Source of the DNA: Thermodesulfovibrionales bacterium
Lineage (GTDB): Bacteria > Nitrospirota > Thermodesulfovibrionia > Thermodesulfovibrionales > SM23-35
Direction of reading: 5' to 3'
Assembly: GCA_963715195.1 (NCBI GenBank)
Contig: CAVQRT010000003.1
Span: 250,792 to 314,791, forward strand
DNA: 64,000 nucleotides
In this document: positions 50,256 through 61,500 of the stretch, piece by piece
Layout of the letters: each line of letters begins with the position of its first letter
Numbering within the stretch: position 1 is the stretch's first letter
Position numbers and translations under genes: made by a program
Notes under the pieces: model-generated
Database searches by the model: none
Seen by the model: only the letters and a program-made list of their open reading frames with translations
What the model was told of the DNA's origin: nothing

Positions 50256-51563
50256 ATGGAATTGCTGAAAAAAATCAAAGCCAGGAAGGCGAATGTCGGC
50301 ATCATCGGGCTCGGATACGTCGGGTTGCCAATCGTCGTCGAATTCTGCAAGGCCGGGTTCCCGGTAACAGGTTTTGACGTTGACACCAGGAAAATTTCTT
50401 CGCTGAAGCAGGGGAAGAGCTATATCAGATACATTCCCCATACCACCATACGGCAGTCCCTCAAGCGCTTTACACCGACGACGGATTTTTCCAAACTTTC
50501 CGATATGGACTGCATCATCCTGTGCGTTCCTACTCCGCTGAATAAAAATCGTGAGCCTGACATGACGTATGTTTTCAACTCGACAAAATCCGTTGCACAA
50601 TATCTTCGCCGTGGCCAGTTGATCGTCCTCGAATCTACGACCTATCCCGGGACAACCGATACAGACATGCGCGAAATTCTTGAGGAAACGGGACTGAAGG
50701 CAGGAAGGGATTTCTATCTCGCCTACTCACCGGAAAGGGAGGACCCGAACAATAAGGAATTCTCGACCTCATCCATACCGAAGGTAGTTGGAGGTTACAC
50801 GAAAAAATGTCTCTCCCTTGCCGTGGCGCTGTATGATTCTATAGTGGTCAGAACGGTTCCTGTTTCTTCGACGAGAGTTGCCGAAACGACAAAGCTGCTC
50901 GAAAATATTTACCGAGCCGTAAATATTGCCCTTGTAAACGAGTTGAAAATGCTGTGTGACAATATGGAGATGGATGTATGGGAAGTCATAGATGCATCAA
51001 AAACCAAACCGTTCGGGTTCCAGGCATTTTATCCGGGGCCCGGACTCGGCGGACACTGCATTCCGATAGATCCTTTTTATCTCACGTGGAAAGCCCGGGA
51101 ATATGACTGCACAACACGATTCATAGAACTTGCGGGTGAGATAAACTCATCGATGCCGCACTATGTGGTCGAAAGGGTTCAGCTTGCCTTGAACAGGAAA
51201 GGCAAAGCGCTTAAAGATTCCCATATCCTTATATTGGGAATGGCCTATAAGAAAGATGTTGACGACCAGAGGGAGTCCCCTTCTTTGCGAATCATCCAAA
51301 TCCTGAAGGAAAGAGGGGCTCACGTGCGCTACAATGATCCGCACGTCCCTGTCTGCAGAGGCCACCGGAATTACCCGGACATTGACATGAAGTCGGTCGG
51401 ACTGAATGAACGTGTACTGAGGAAAGCTGATCTGACGCTCTTGCTCACAGACCATACAGCATATGATTATTCCTTCATCGAAAAGCACTCGCAGTGTATC
51501 GTCGACACACGGAATGCTTTTCAGAAAAATGGGATAAAAAGCAACAAAATCAGCAAGGCATAA
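50256..51563 (+). CDS. Nucleotide-sugar (UDP-GlcNAc-type, WbpA-like) dehydrogenase
   Basis: GLGYVGLP, CVPTP, ESTTYPGTT, PGPGLGGHCIPIDP, AYKKDVDD.RESP. Confidence 0.93.
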   Translation: MELLKKIKARKANVGIIGLGYVGLPIVVEFCKAGFPVTGFDVDTRKISSLKQGKSYIRYIPHTTIRQSLKRFTPTTDFSKLSDMDCIILCVPTPLNKNREPDMTYVFNSTKSVAQYLRRGQLIVLESTTYPGTTDTDMREILEETGLKAGRDFYLAYSPEREDPNNKEFSTSSIPKVVGGYTKKCLSLAVALYDSIVVRTVPVSSTRVAETTKLLENIYRAVNIALVNELKMLCDNMEMDVWEVIDASKTKPFGFQAFYPGPGLGGHCIPIDPFYLTWKAREYDCTTRFIELAGEINSSMPHYVVERVQLALNRKGKALKDSHILILGMAYKKDVDDQRESPSLRIIQILKERGAHVRYNDPHVPVCRGHRNYPDIDMKSVGLNERVLRKADLTLLLTDHTAYDYSFIEKHSQCIVDTRNAFQKNGIKSNKISKA

Positions 51564-51620
51564 CCATATTATTCCTATCCAAGGCTATGCAGCGGTTGTC
51601 ATTGACCGAAAATAGATTAA

Positions 51621-51974
51621 CCAGTAATCTCCCCTAACCACTCTTTATAAAAGAGGTGGTTCTTTTTTTTATTACAGTCTGTTCATGAGGTTACATTCAG
51701 TCATGCTCCGACTTGATCGGGGCATCCAGTGTTTAAAAGTTTCTGGATTGCCCGATCAAGAGAATGTGTCGTAATTACCTTGAAATGAAAATTTGTCATT
51801 CTGAACAAAGTGAAGAATCTCATAAGATCAGTATGTTTAAAGCCGAGATTCTTCGGCTCGGGCCTCAGAATGACATTACGACAAAGTCTCCGAGCCGGAT
51901 AATGAAAAACATTTAAACAGCATTTACTATGACAAAAACTTGGAAAACATGGATTCCCGCCTGCGCGGGAATGA
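51621..51974. repeat. Cluster of nested REP/MITE-like palindromes
   Basis: AATCTCCCC-type copy at 51621; gtcatgctcc.../ctggattgcccgatcaag; inverted pair gagaatgtgtcgtaat / attacgacaaagtctc; tgtcattctgaa.../cagaatgaca; ggattcccgcctgcgcgggaatga. Confidence 0.8.
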
Positions 51975-52095
51975 AGACTGTGTGCGGACCTATGATGAAA
52001 AGGAATTTTGAGGTTCTAGTAATTCATCTCTTTTTCTAAATTCCCTCTCATTTCATCCCCAATTTTTAGGGTGGATTCTGATCTTCATTTCCGAC

Positions 52096-52228
52096 TGTAA
52101 AGAATTCCGACAAAATTGAGGGTAAAAAGTGTTAAAAATCTTTACACTTTTTTGTCCCTCAAAATAACGGCTGATAACCTATTGAAAAACATGACGTTAT
52201 AATTCCAGATATTCGGCATGCTTATTGC
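52096..52228 (+). promoter_or_regulatory. Sigma-54 promoter with two upstream TGT-N11-ACA enhancer-like boxes
   Basis: GG-N10-GC in cggcatgcttattgca (GG at 52215, GC at 52227); tgtaaagaattccgaca 52096-52112; tgttaaaaatctttaca 52130-52146. Confidence 0.7.
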
Positions 52229-52261
52229 AAACTTATACAGCAAATGTTCTATAATCTCCAC

Positions 52262-54505
52262 ATGTCGAATCCTGAGCTTTTCGAAAAGAAGTTTTCCATC
52301 CTCCAGGAAATCACCAATACCATCATCATTACCGACAACATCAACGCCCTGACAAATCTGATTCTCGACCTTGCCACCAATTACACGAACGCAGAAAAAG
52401 GCTCTCTCATGCTCCTGAATAAACGCGGAGAGCTTTCCATCTTCGCAGCACGCGGGATAGACAGCGAGCTCATCTCAACCTACAGGATCAGAAAAGGTGA
52501 CGGCATTGCCGGCACTGTTGCTGAAACCCGGCAACCATTCCTCGTTGACGATATTGAAAAGCACGAAGCATTCAAGGGGAAAACGAGGGACCGTTACAAA
52601 ACAAAATCGTTCGTATCGTGCCCTATCATCATCAAGAACAAAGTGCTCGGCGTCCTGAACATGAATGATAAGAGAGACGGGTCGCCGTTCACCGAAGATG
52701 AATTTGAACTGATCAAGGTCATCGCGAATCACGCCGCGATCGCCCTTGAAAATGCCTTTCTCATGAACCAGTTGAGGGCGAAGACCGCGGAACTTGATGA
52801 AATAAACAAAAGACTCATAGATTCCGATATCACGAAGTCTGAATTCCTTACGCTGCTCTCCCATGACATGCGTACTCCCCTGAATGCCATAAAAGGCGCC
52901 GTTTACTACCTGCAGCAGACAAAGAATCTTGCCGCAAGCGGCCAGCGGGAATTTCATGAAATCATCTCCCGGGAAACAGCGAATTTGACATCGACCGTCG
53001 AAAATCTCATCGACTTCCTGAGAATAGAGGATGAAACCAAATTATTGAAACAGTACACAATAAATCTGAACAGTCTGCTCAAAGAAATTTCGGCATTGAA
53101 ATCATTCAGAAAAATCCTCTCCCGCAAGAATCTGAAACTGCTGATCGACATCCCGGATGAGCTGACGGACATTATCGGAGACCGGATCCGGGTCACCCAG
53201 TTCTTTATCAATCTGATCGAGGCAATTAGCCACTACCTCGAGTCAGGTGACACCATTACTGTTTCGGCCGGCGAAAACGATTTTGTACAGGTGGGCATTT
53301 CCTTCACGAGAAAGATGCCCACGCATATTTTATCGTATCTGTCCAATGTCAGACGCATGCTGAATGGCGAAAGGCAGGAGGAGGTGATAAAGCTCTTCAT
53401 CGCACAAAAAATCGCCGAACTCCATAAGTGGGACCTCGCCGCTGAAAATACTGAAGATAATTTCCGGATAACACTAAAAATTTCGAAGAGCATAAAACAA
53501 AAGACTGAAGCGTTCATCAACACGACCATGGATCTGTTCGTGGAGTTCGTATCTGAGCTGCTGAATCTCGAGGTCTGCTCCATCATGCTGGCAGATGAAT
53601 TCACGTCCGAACTTACCATAAACAGCTCAAGAGGCCTCGATGAAAACATCGTAAAAGGCACGAGAATACGGTTTGGCGACCAGATTGCCGGATGGGTTGC
53701 AATGGAGGGCACACCGTTATTGATTGAAGATATCGAGCGCGATCCCCTTTTCAGCAGGAGGAATATTCCCCATTACAGCACAAAGTCGCTGCTGTCCGTA
53801 CCGCTTATGAGTGACAGCAAAGTAATCGGCGTGATAAACATGAGCGACAAAAAAACGGCTCAGCCCTTTACCGAAAGCGACCTGCACGTCGCCTCAATGA
53901 TCAGTGAACGGATTGCTTTTATCCTGAAGAGGCTCCACGCAGGAGAGTTTTCCGACGATGATCTGAAACACTTCATTTCCTCACTGGAAAATATCATCGG
54001 TATTGAGAAGAAGTTTCTCAGAAAGAAAAACCTCGTGTTTGACTTCATGGTTCGGATTATGGATACACTCGGCGCGAGCGAACAGGAGAAAAAGACCGCT
54101 CTCTATGTTTCCCTGCTGTACGACCTCGGGCTTTCGGTTCTCAATGATGCACTTCTGACAAAGCGGGAACTCACAAGCCTTGAGCGCCGCTCTGTCAGGG
54201 CTCATCCCCTGACAACCCTCGACCTCATTAAAGACTTTGAGTTCTCCGAAGAAGTGAAGAAGGCGATCGAGCATCACCACGAGAGATACGACGGCGGGGG
54301 GTATCCTGACGGCATAAAGGGGGAGGAGATCCCGTTTATTGCGAGAGTCCTTACCGTTCTGGACGCCTGGTGTTCAATGATCGAGGAACGGCCTTACCGG
54401 AAGGCGTTTACAAGAGAGGAGGCTTTGGAGGAGATTAAGAAGGGAGCCGGATCACTGTTCGATCCGAAAGTCGTTACCGCTTTGGAAGAGGTATTGAAGA
54501 GATAG
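52262..54505 (+). CDS. GAF-HisKA-GAF-HD-GYP signalling protein
   Basis: Two GAF domains, SHDMRTPLNAI H-box, HHERYDGGGYPDG..GEEIP..AR, RPYRKA. Confidence 0.88.
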   Translation: MSNPELFEKKFSILQEITNTIIITDNINALTNLILDLATNYTNAEKGSLMLLNKRGELSIFAARGIDSELISTYRIRKGDGIAGTVAETRQPFLVDDIEKHEAFKGKTRDRYKTKSFVSCPIIIKNKVLGVLNMNDKRDGSPFTEDEFELIKVIANHAAIALENAFLMNQLRAKTAELDEINKRLIDSDITKSEFLTLLSHDMRTPLNAIKGAVYYLQQTKNLAASGQREFHEIISRETANLTSTVENLIDFLRIEDETKLLKQYTINLNSLLKEISALKSFRKILSRKNLKLLIDIPDELTDIIGDRIRVTQFFINLIEAISHYLESGDTITVSAGENDFVQVGISFTRKMPTHILSYLSNVRRMLNGERQEEVIKLFIAQKIAELHKWDLAAENTEDNFRITLKISKSIKQKTEAFINTTMDLFVEFVSELLNLEVCSIMLADEFTSELTINSSRGLDENIVKGTRIRFGDQIAGWVAMEGTPLLIEDIERDPLFSRRNIPHYSTKSLLSVPLMSDSKVIGVINMSDKKTAQPFTESDLHVASMISERIAFILKRLHAGEFSDDDLKHFISSLENIIGIEKKFLRKKNLVFDFMVRIMDTLGASEQEKKTALYVSLLYDLGLSVLNDALLTKRELTSLERRSVRAHPLTTLDLIKDFEFSEEVKKAIEHHHERYDGGGYPDGIKGEEIPFIARVLTVLDAWCSMIEERPYRKAFTREEALEEIKKGAGSLFDPKVVTALEEVLKR

Positions 54506-54563
54506 CTTCTTCAAACATTTCTGTGGATTCGCAGAAATAAAGTGAGAATTCAATTTCTATTGC

Positions 54564-54643
54564 TGTCATTCCGGCTTGGCCGGAATCCTTCCGAGAGCTT
54601 CTCAGAAAGATTCCCGACGGTCGCTTCATGTGCGGGGATAACA
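54564..54643. repeat. TGTCATT-tagged REP-like doublet
   Basis: tgtcattccggcttggccggaatc ... gattcccgac...gcggggataaca. Confidence 0.7.
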
Positions 54644-54674
54644 GTCTTCTAAATATTTTACATGCTGTGCGCCT

Positions 54675-56046
54675 CTATTTGACATTATTCAACCCGTGCT
54701 TCCTCATGAGATCATAGAGCGTCGGCCTGCTGATCTCCAGCTCCTCCGAGATTTTCGCAAGATTGCCCTTGTGCCTGGTGATGGAATTGATAATCAGTTC
54801 GCGCTCCATCATAGCCTTTGCCTCCTTGAGACTCATGCTCTCAAGAACAGGCAATCTCCTCTTCTTTGATATTTCGGCAAGTCCGAAATCCTTCGGCTCT
54901 ATCACCGAGGTCTCGCACATGATCACCGCTCTCTGGACTCTGTTTTCGAGTTCCCTCACATTGCCCGGGCCACTGATGGGTTTCAAGGAGATCAATGGAG
55001 GCCGGACTGAACCCGATCACCTTCTTGTTCAGTTCCTCGCCGAACCTCCTCAAAAAGAGGTTTGCCAGCAGGATAACATCATCCTTTCGATCCCGTAAGG
55101 GTGGAAGCTTAACCGTAATCACGGCAATCCGGTAATACAGGTCCTCCCTGAATTTCCCCTCCGAAATAGACTTGGGAATGTCGATGCTCGTTGCCGCAAG
55201 GATACGCGTGTCAACATGGATGTCTTCCCTCCCGCCGACCCGCTGAATAATCTTTTCCTGTAAAAACCTGAGCAGTTTGACTTGCAGGCTGAGTGATAAT
55301 TCACCGATCTCGTCAAGGAAAAGCGTCCCCTTTTCGGCATATTCAAACCTCCCCTGCACCTGGGAATGAGCTCCGGTAAAAGCGCCCTTTTCATGCCCGA
55401 AGAGTTCGGACTCAAGGAGATGCTCCGGAATCGCCCCGCAGTTGATCGCAATGAAGGGATAATCCTTTCTGAGACTCATCAAGTGGATGGCTCGCGAGAT
55501 CATCTCCTTGCCGGTGCCACTTTCTCCTATGATCAGTATTGATGCATCGGAAGATGCCACCTTCCGTATGGTCGAGAAGACTTCGAGCATCTCCGGGCAC
55601 TGCCCGATTACCCCGGCGAGCTCGGCTTTTTTCCCGAGGGCCTTATGCAGTCTCCGGTTCTCTTCCTCAAGACCGAAGAGGTGAAATGCGCGGCTTATGA
55701 TAATGCGCAGCTCGTCGAGCTTGACCGGCTTCTGGTAAAAATCATAGGCCCCGATCTGCACTGCTTTCAGCGCATTTTCCCGCTCATCATTCCCGGTGAC
55801 AACGATGACCTTTGTGGCCGAGGAAATTTTCAACATTTCCTCGAGGCATCTGAATCCTTCGTCCGTGCCATCCGGGTCAGGCGGGAGACCCAAATCGAGC
55901 ATGACAACCCTGGGGTGATTTCTCCGGTAGAAAAGAAGGGCTTCCCTGCCGTCCTTTGCGGGGAGAACATCGTATTCTTTCCCCAGCCCCCATTTGAGCT
56001 GCTTCCTTATCTCTTCCGAGTCATCAACAATTAAAAGCTTTTCCAT
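54675..56046 (-). CDS. prsR: PEP-CTERM-associated sigma-54 response regulator PrsR (one frameshift near 54968)
   Basis: REC with LDLGLPPDPD, GESGTGKE, GAFTGA; WPGNVREL broken by an extra C; C-terminal SRPTLY Fis HTH. Confidence 0.88.
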
Positions 56047-56171
56047 AAAATGTATCTCGTTATCTTCTCGGTGACTTCAACAACAAATTGAATCCCCTAC
56101 GCATGCAAAAGCCGCTTTTATCTCCCCCGTTAATTTAGCCTCAGTGACTAGCCCTTTTTTCCTCCCCAACA

Positions 56172-56206
56172 ATTCCCCCTTTTCTAAAGGGGGACAAAGG
56201 GGGATT
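56172..56206 (-). repeat. Palindromic repeat flanking the DUF559 gene (3' side)
   Basis: Minus strand aatccccctttgtccccctttagaaaagggggaat. Confidence 0.75.
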
Positions 56207-56552
56207 ACAAATTTCCATATATCCTTTCAATAACTCCTAAAGAATTTTCAAAAACCTCTCTGTCAGAAAATCGCAATATTTTATACCCCTGTTGACTCAA
56301 CGACTTGTCCCTCATATTATCCTTTTTGATTCCTTCATCAGTATAGTGTTGCCCGCCATCAAGCTCAATGATAAGATTTGATGCAGGGCAATAAAAATCA
56401 ACAATGTAATTTCCAATTATCCTTTGTCTATAGAACTGTCGGCCCTTTAATTGTCTTGCTCGTAGCCTCGACCACAAGAACTTCTCGGCATCGGTCATAT
56501 TTGATCTGAGTTGCCTTGATATCTTCTTTAACCGGGTGTTATATAACAGCAT
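56205..56552 (-). CDS. DUF559 (Vsr-like) endonuclease
   Basis: LRSNMTDAEKFLWSRLR, FYRQ..IGNYIVDFYC, IELDGGQH, GYKILRF. Confidence 0.92.
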   Translation of the reverse strand: MLLYNTRLKKISRQLRSNMTDAEKFLWSRLRARQLKGRQFYRQRIIGNYIVDFYCPASNLIIELDGGQHYTDEGIKKDNMRDKSLSQQGYKILRFSDREVFENSLGVIERIYGNL

Positions 56553-56559
56553 CTACCAG

Positions 56560-56592
56560 TAATCTCCCCTTACCCCTCTCTAAGAAAGAGGG
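56560..56592 (+). repeat. Palindromic repeat flanking the DUF559 gene (5' side)
   Basis: taatctccccttacccctctctaagaaagaggg, inverted relative to the 56172 copy. Confidence 0.75.
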
Positions 56593-58506
56593 TTATTTTC
56601 CTCCGCCTTCCCCGGGCAAATACACGGTAAAAACAGACCCCTTGCCCGGCGAGCTTTCGACCTCTATTCTTCCCCCATGCGCGGAGACAATCTGCCTGCA
56701 CTGGTAGAGCCCTATGCCGAGGCCCTTCTTCTTTGTCGTCCTGAAGGGTCTAAAGAGATGGTTATCGATGAAATCCTTTTCCATCCCACATCCATTATCT
56801 TTCACCTGTATAAAACAATCTCCATTTTTCATGCCGGTTTCGATTTCTATCGCACCTTTTCCCTTCGTGGCATCCATAGCATTCAGGATCATGTTTACGA
56901 TAACATTTTTCATCTCTTCCCGATCAACTTCTGAGATCACAGAAGAGCCCCCACATGCAATCTCTGTCTCTCCACCCATGCCATTGAGCTCCCGGAGAGC
57001 AGCCTTCACGACAGCACTCAGGTCTGACATTTCACTCTCCAGCGTCTTCTTTTCCGGCACAGTCTTCAGTCTCTGCATGAGACCTTTCATCTTATTGACT
57101 GTATTCCCGATCGTTTCGAGCATATCCTTCTGGAATTCCGTGTTGCCGATATGGCTTTTTGCATTATCGAGAACAAGTGAAAGACTCGTGGCAAGATTTT
57201 TGAGGTCGTGAATAACAAAAGCGGATATTTTTGCCACTGCGGCAACCTCACGCGTCTCCCCGAGTTCCTCTGAAAGCCTGAAGTTGAGTATCGCAAGAGT
57301 TGCCTGCCGTGCAAGCGTATTCATGAGATCGTAGTCTTCATAGATGAGCTTCTCAGGGGCCAGTTGGTCACCCAGTGCCAGAAACCCCCTCAGTTCATTG
57401 TCATTGATCAAAGGGACGATGAGCCTTGCCCCGGACTCACGGATAAATGCCGCATCTTCCTGATCAGGTGTGTATTCCCCGTCTGACGTATTCAATACGC
57501 GCTCCCTGTTTACAAGATATGCACGCATGGAATCAGAAATCTTCACGGCTTGTTCCCCGCCGGGCATATTGTGGCTGAAGACAGGCCTGTATGTCTTTGC
57601 CTCTTTATCTATTAGATATAGAGTCCCACCTTTAAGGCCGAACGTTTCTCTGTAGGTAGTAAGAATAGCGTTATATACATCCGCAACGATTTTGCAGGAG
57701 GACAGACGTTCCGTAAATTTGAGCCATTCATCCCGGTATTCATGTTTTTGGGCAAAGAAGTGTTTTCTGAGGAATACAACGGCCCGTCTCCTCGCTCTGC
57801 TGGAGAGCAACACAATGATCATGCCGATGCCGGTTGCAAAGGCGGTAAAGATCGTCAAATCCCTGCTGAAGGAGACGCCGAAGTATCTGAGCCCCTCGCC
57901 GATCAGCCCGAGCATAAGCAGGTATAAGCCAACGGTCAATAACGTCAGTGAACGGTAGAGAATGTACTGGGATACGGCGATTCTGACCCCGTTTCCCCTG
58001 AAGAGCCTTGCATACCCTATGAGAGCGGAAGCGAGGATAAAGACCCCCGATCTGACTGGCGTGAGGTTCATATTGATCGAACGGTACAACAGTCCCTGGC
58101 TGAAATAGAATATCAGAACAGCGAGGATGCTCCCGAACCCGATCACCTCAAACTTGATCCGCCATTTTTCGCTCAATGAAGCTGCTGAGTATGTCGCCTC
58201 AACATTCATCAATGCCATGATGCAGTACACCATCAGGCCCATGTAAAACCAGTAGCCGGCATTTCCGAGGAACATCATCTGTTCGATCTGAATGTCGGGC
58301 GAGTAGAAGAAACTGTCCACAGACAGGAGGATTGTACTGAGCGGAAAAACGGCGCTCACGCCGAGGAATCCCCACCAGATTGGTGAAATCGCCCTGTCGG
58401 ATATCTGCCTCGCGTAAGTCAGGCTGTAAAATAATAGTATCGCTGGGAGGAAAGACTCGAGATGAAGTACGATCTTCTTGAGTGCTATGGGATCATGGCT
58501 GTGCAT
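56593..58506 (-). CDS. prsK: PEP-CTERM system histidine kinase PrsK (5' end cut at a junction)
   Basis: Multi-TM N-terminus, KHFF..KHEYRDEWL, GAF, SAFVIHDLKN, DNGCGM, FRTTK.KGLGIGLYQ. Confidence 0.9.
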   Translation of the reverse strand: MHSHDPIALKKIVLHLESFLPAILLFYSLTYARQISDRAISPIWWGFLGVSAVFPLSTILLSVDSFFYSPDIQIEQMMFLGNAGYWFYMGLMVYCIMALMNVEATYSAASLSEKWRIKFEVIGFGSILAVLIFYFSQGLLYRSINMNLTPVRSGVFILASALIGYARLFRGNGVRIAVSQYILYRSLTLLTVGLYLLMLGLIGEGLRYFGVSFSRDLTIFTAFATGIGMIIVLLSSRARRRAVVFLRKHFFAQKHEYRDEWLKFTERLSSCKIVADVYNAILTTYRETFGLKGGTLYLIDKEAKTYRPVFSHNMPGGEQAVKISDSMRAYLVNRERVLNTSDGEYTPDQEDAAFIRESGARLIVPLINDNELRGFLALGDQLAPEKLIYEDYDLMNTLARQATLAILNFRLSEELGETREVAAVAKISAFVIHDLKNLATSLSLVLDNAKSHIGNTEFQKDMLETIGNTVNKMKGLMQRLKTVPEKKTLESEMSDLSAVVKAALRELNGMGGETEIACGGSSVISEVDREEMKNVIVNMILNAMDATKGKGAIEIETGMKNGDCFIQVKDNGCGMEKDFIDNHLFRPFRTTKKKGLGIGLYQCRQIVSAHGGRIEVESSPGKGSVFTVYLPGEGGGK

Positions 58507-58509
58507 CGA

Positions 58510-61500
58510 CAGCTACAGGCGTTGGTCGGGACAGCTCTGAATGCAGCAGGCATAAACGAACAATGAATCATTCCATTAACTTGCACTGTTTCAGTAAGCG
58601 ACATGATAGTGCCAAGTATAAACAACTCCGGCACTAAATGATATAATAATTAAACATTTATAAAAAGCTAGCATATAAAAAGCTGTAACAACTTTGGTTT
58701 CAGACTTTGTATTTCGGGAAATTAAAATATTTATTAGGTATATACATTCTGCCACTTGATAGCAGATATTTTCTTATATTTATATTCAATTTTTTTATTC
58801 TTTGGAACTCAAGTTTTAATTTCAATCAAATTATTTCAGACTAAGAGTTTCAGGATGTCAAATTTCTTCTCTTCCCTCAAACAAATTGATATCCTAAAAA
58901 CAAAATGTTATGCTGAACTTGGCAACGTGGAATTGGAAACAATTTGCTCATTTCTCAGGCCTGACTTCACCAGCTTGACGGCGGTGGCTGCTTGACGTCA
59001 GCCTCGGGCAACGCTGGAGCAAAGCGCTCGACCTCGTGCTCACCCATTTCGTCTTCGGTGATTGTTCACAACCGCGCGTCTCCAGAAACCTTCGTATCTG
59101 GTTTTCCATGTCATTCAGCAGAGTGAGCACGTTGATGAGGCAGCATGATACCCAAAGCACAGGTGGCTGCATTTGAAGCCAGTGAACTAATCGTTCTCTC
59201 GATCTCAATTGATAACCTGGTTAATAACTCCATCAACTAAATGGATGTAGTCATTCATTCTCCTTGCTCATGAGTTCGACCGTTCTCGAGACAACTTGTG
59301 CTGTTGTTCATTCTGAATATATTTCTCACAAAGTGTTTTGCACAGGGCAAAACAATCAACTTATTTTCCTTTTGGTATCAGTACCAACAAAAACAATGGG
59401 TACTTTCATCTTCTTTATATTTCACTGTAAGATGTTTAGCCAGTAATTTGGCAACTACTCATGTAAATCTTCCCATTGTGGTTGAACTTCAAAGAGCGGG
59501 AATTATGTGAATGACTTGAAAAGCAGCCCGTAATGGTGGAAACCTGACCTTGCAATTAATGAGCAAAATCAACCCCATGCAGGCAATATTATAGTAGATA
59601 TTTCTTTTTAACTTTGATGAAGTCTTTTCACATTATAAGTCTCGTCTCTTCAAATAACCCTGATGGCAACATAAACCGCAAGTGATCAACTCACTGAAAC
59701 TAAACAAATCCCTCGGAGGCTGGTTCGCATAATACATAATAAAACATTTACAAGTTAATATATTTTTCAGAAAGAAGAATGACAATGGTATCACAATATC
59801 GCCTATGAAGCTAATTTGCTATTGAGACTATTCTTCTGTGAATATGGTGCAAACGTACAATCACATCTACAATGGGACTCTCTAGACACACATTAAAGGG
59901 TCGCACCCTCAAGATTTCATTGGAAGGCAAAGGGTTCTAGCCTCTTGGACTTGTCGGTGCAAGACAAGAGGAGTGGGCTTGTAGCCATTGGGTAGCCTTC
60001 TGGTTGACCACTCCCGTTGAGGGCCTCTTCGACCTCGTGGCCGTCATCCGTCCGGTGTCCAACCAGAAGGCAAGAGCTCGTATTTTACTCCTGACAGATG
60101 TTGATTGCGACATGATGATGAGATAACCTAACAGCTCGACACGTACACTAAGGCCGATCCAATCCAGAATTGAAGAGTTACATTTGGAAGCATCTGGTCG
60201 AGAAAGGGCCACAACCACCAGGTACAAGGCTTACCCACTTCACCATGTACACCTGTGATTTGAGGAAGCTATCCGCCCGTTGAATAATAATTCTGGTAAG
60301 GTTGACTCCGCCATGAAGCTACCGGATGATTGGGTTCCACAAAGGAGACATGTCGTTCAAACTTCTGGATTGTTGAGGTCGCTCTCTCGCTAAGGTTGAC
60401 CACCGACTCTGATGAATGAGAGAATTGGAACTCACCAGTCAGCTAGTCGGTCACTCGTCGGCTCCAGCAAAATTTGGCAAAGCAACTAATAAACAATTAT
60501 TCAACTCTAAGTTTTATGATTACTCTAATAAGATAGTGACATTTTCAGCTCACGCTAGATCCATAACAAACCATCACCACATTTTCTAATCAAACCTTCA
60601 TAAAAACAGCATGTTGGAGGGCAGCAGCAGATGGGACCCATGCATTAAAGGAAGCTCATCCTTGCCATGGTCTGTTCTTTAGCTCGATGAATTATTCATC
60701 ATACCACTCCTTACCACATAGTTCGTCGATCCAACCCCTTCCTCGGTATATACTTCATATGTTCTTGGTGTACCTTATTTGGCAGCAATTATTACAAGGA
60801 AGCTTTGTTTATGGCGTGGTAGGGTTAGTCCCGTCATATGACGGACGTGAAGATTTTTAACATAGATATCTCTAAGAGGACATGTAGAAATTAAATAGGT
60901 AGATCAATTAAAGATTTAGTCAAAAGTTAGTCCCTGGTAGATGCCTAATTGAATACAGCTATAATTAATTGATTTGCCCTAAGGGATGGGCTTGATTCGG
61001 CTTCTTGGATAAAGAAAGTCGCCGATGCTTTGATCAACGGCAACTAACACGTACGGTTGTATGCCTAGTGAAGGAGGTTGTAGGGTCCATGCTCAAACGG
61101 GCCGATCACCTAATAAAGAAATCCAAATTGGTTTATGCACGTACACCTGTTGGATTTACCTATCACCTCCTAAGAACATATTGGTCTTGGATCAATAAAC
61201 AAAAATTTACCTATGTGGGTGTATGGATTGATCATTCGTTCGTTGATTATTGGTCTCCTATGGCTATTAATTAATACTCCTATCACCTGCGGCTGTGGGT
61301 GATTGGTCTATGGTCAAAAATCTTTGGATTGACCATTTCTTTTGCCTATGTATCTTTTTGTGCGATGAGCTTATTGATCACCAATGAACATAAGCATCTT
61401 TGGTATCCACATTCTTATATGTGCTTTGATTATGGGTGATCAACGGAAACAGGAAGCCTTTGATATTGGCCTCCCCAAACTCACGGCTTATGATTGTAGT

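Noticed and set aside
54675..56046. prsR pseudogene
   Set aside because: One extra C in the WPGN codons is the only defect; probably a sequencing error.
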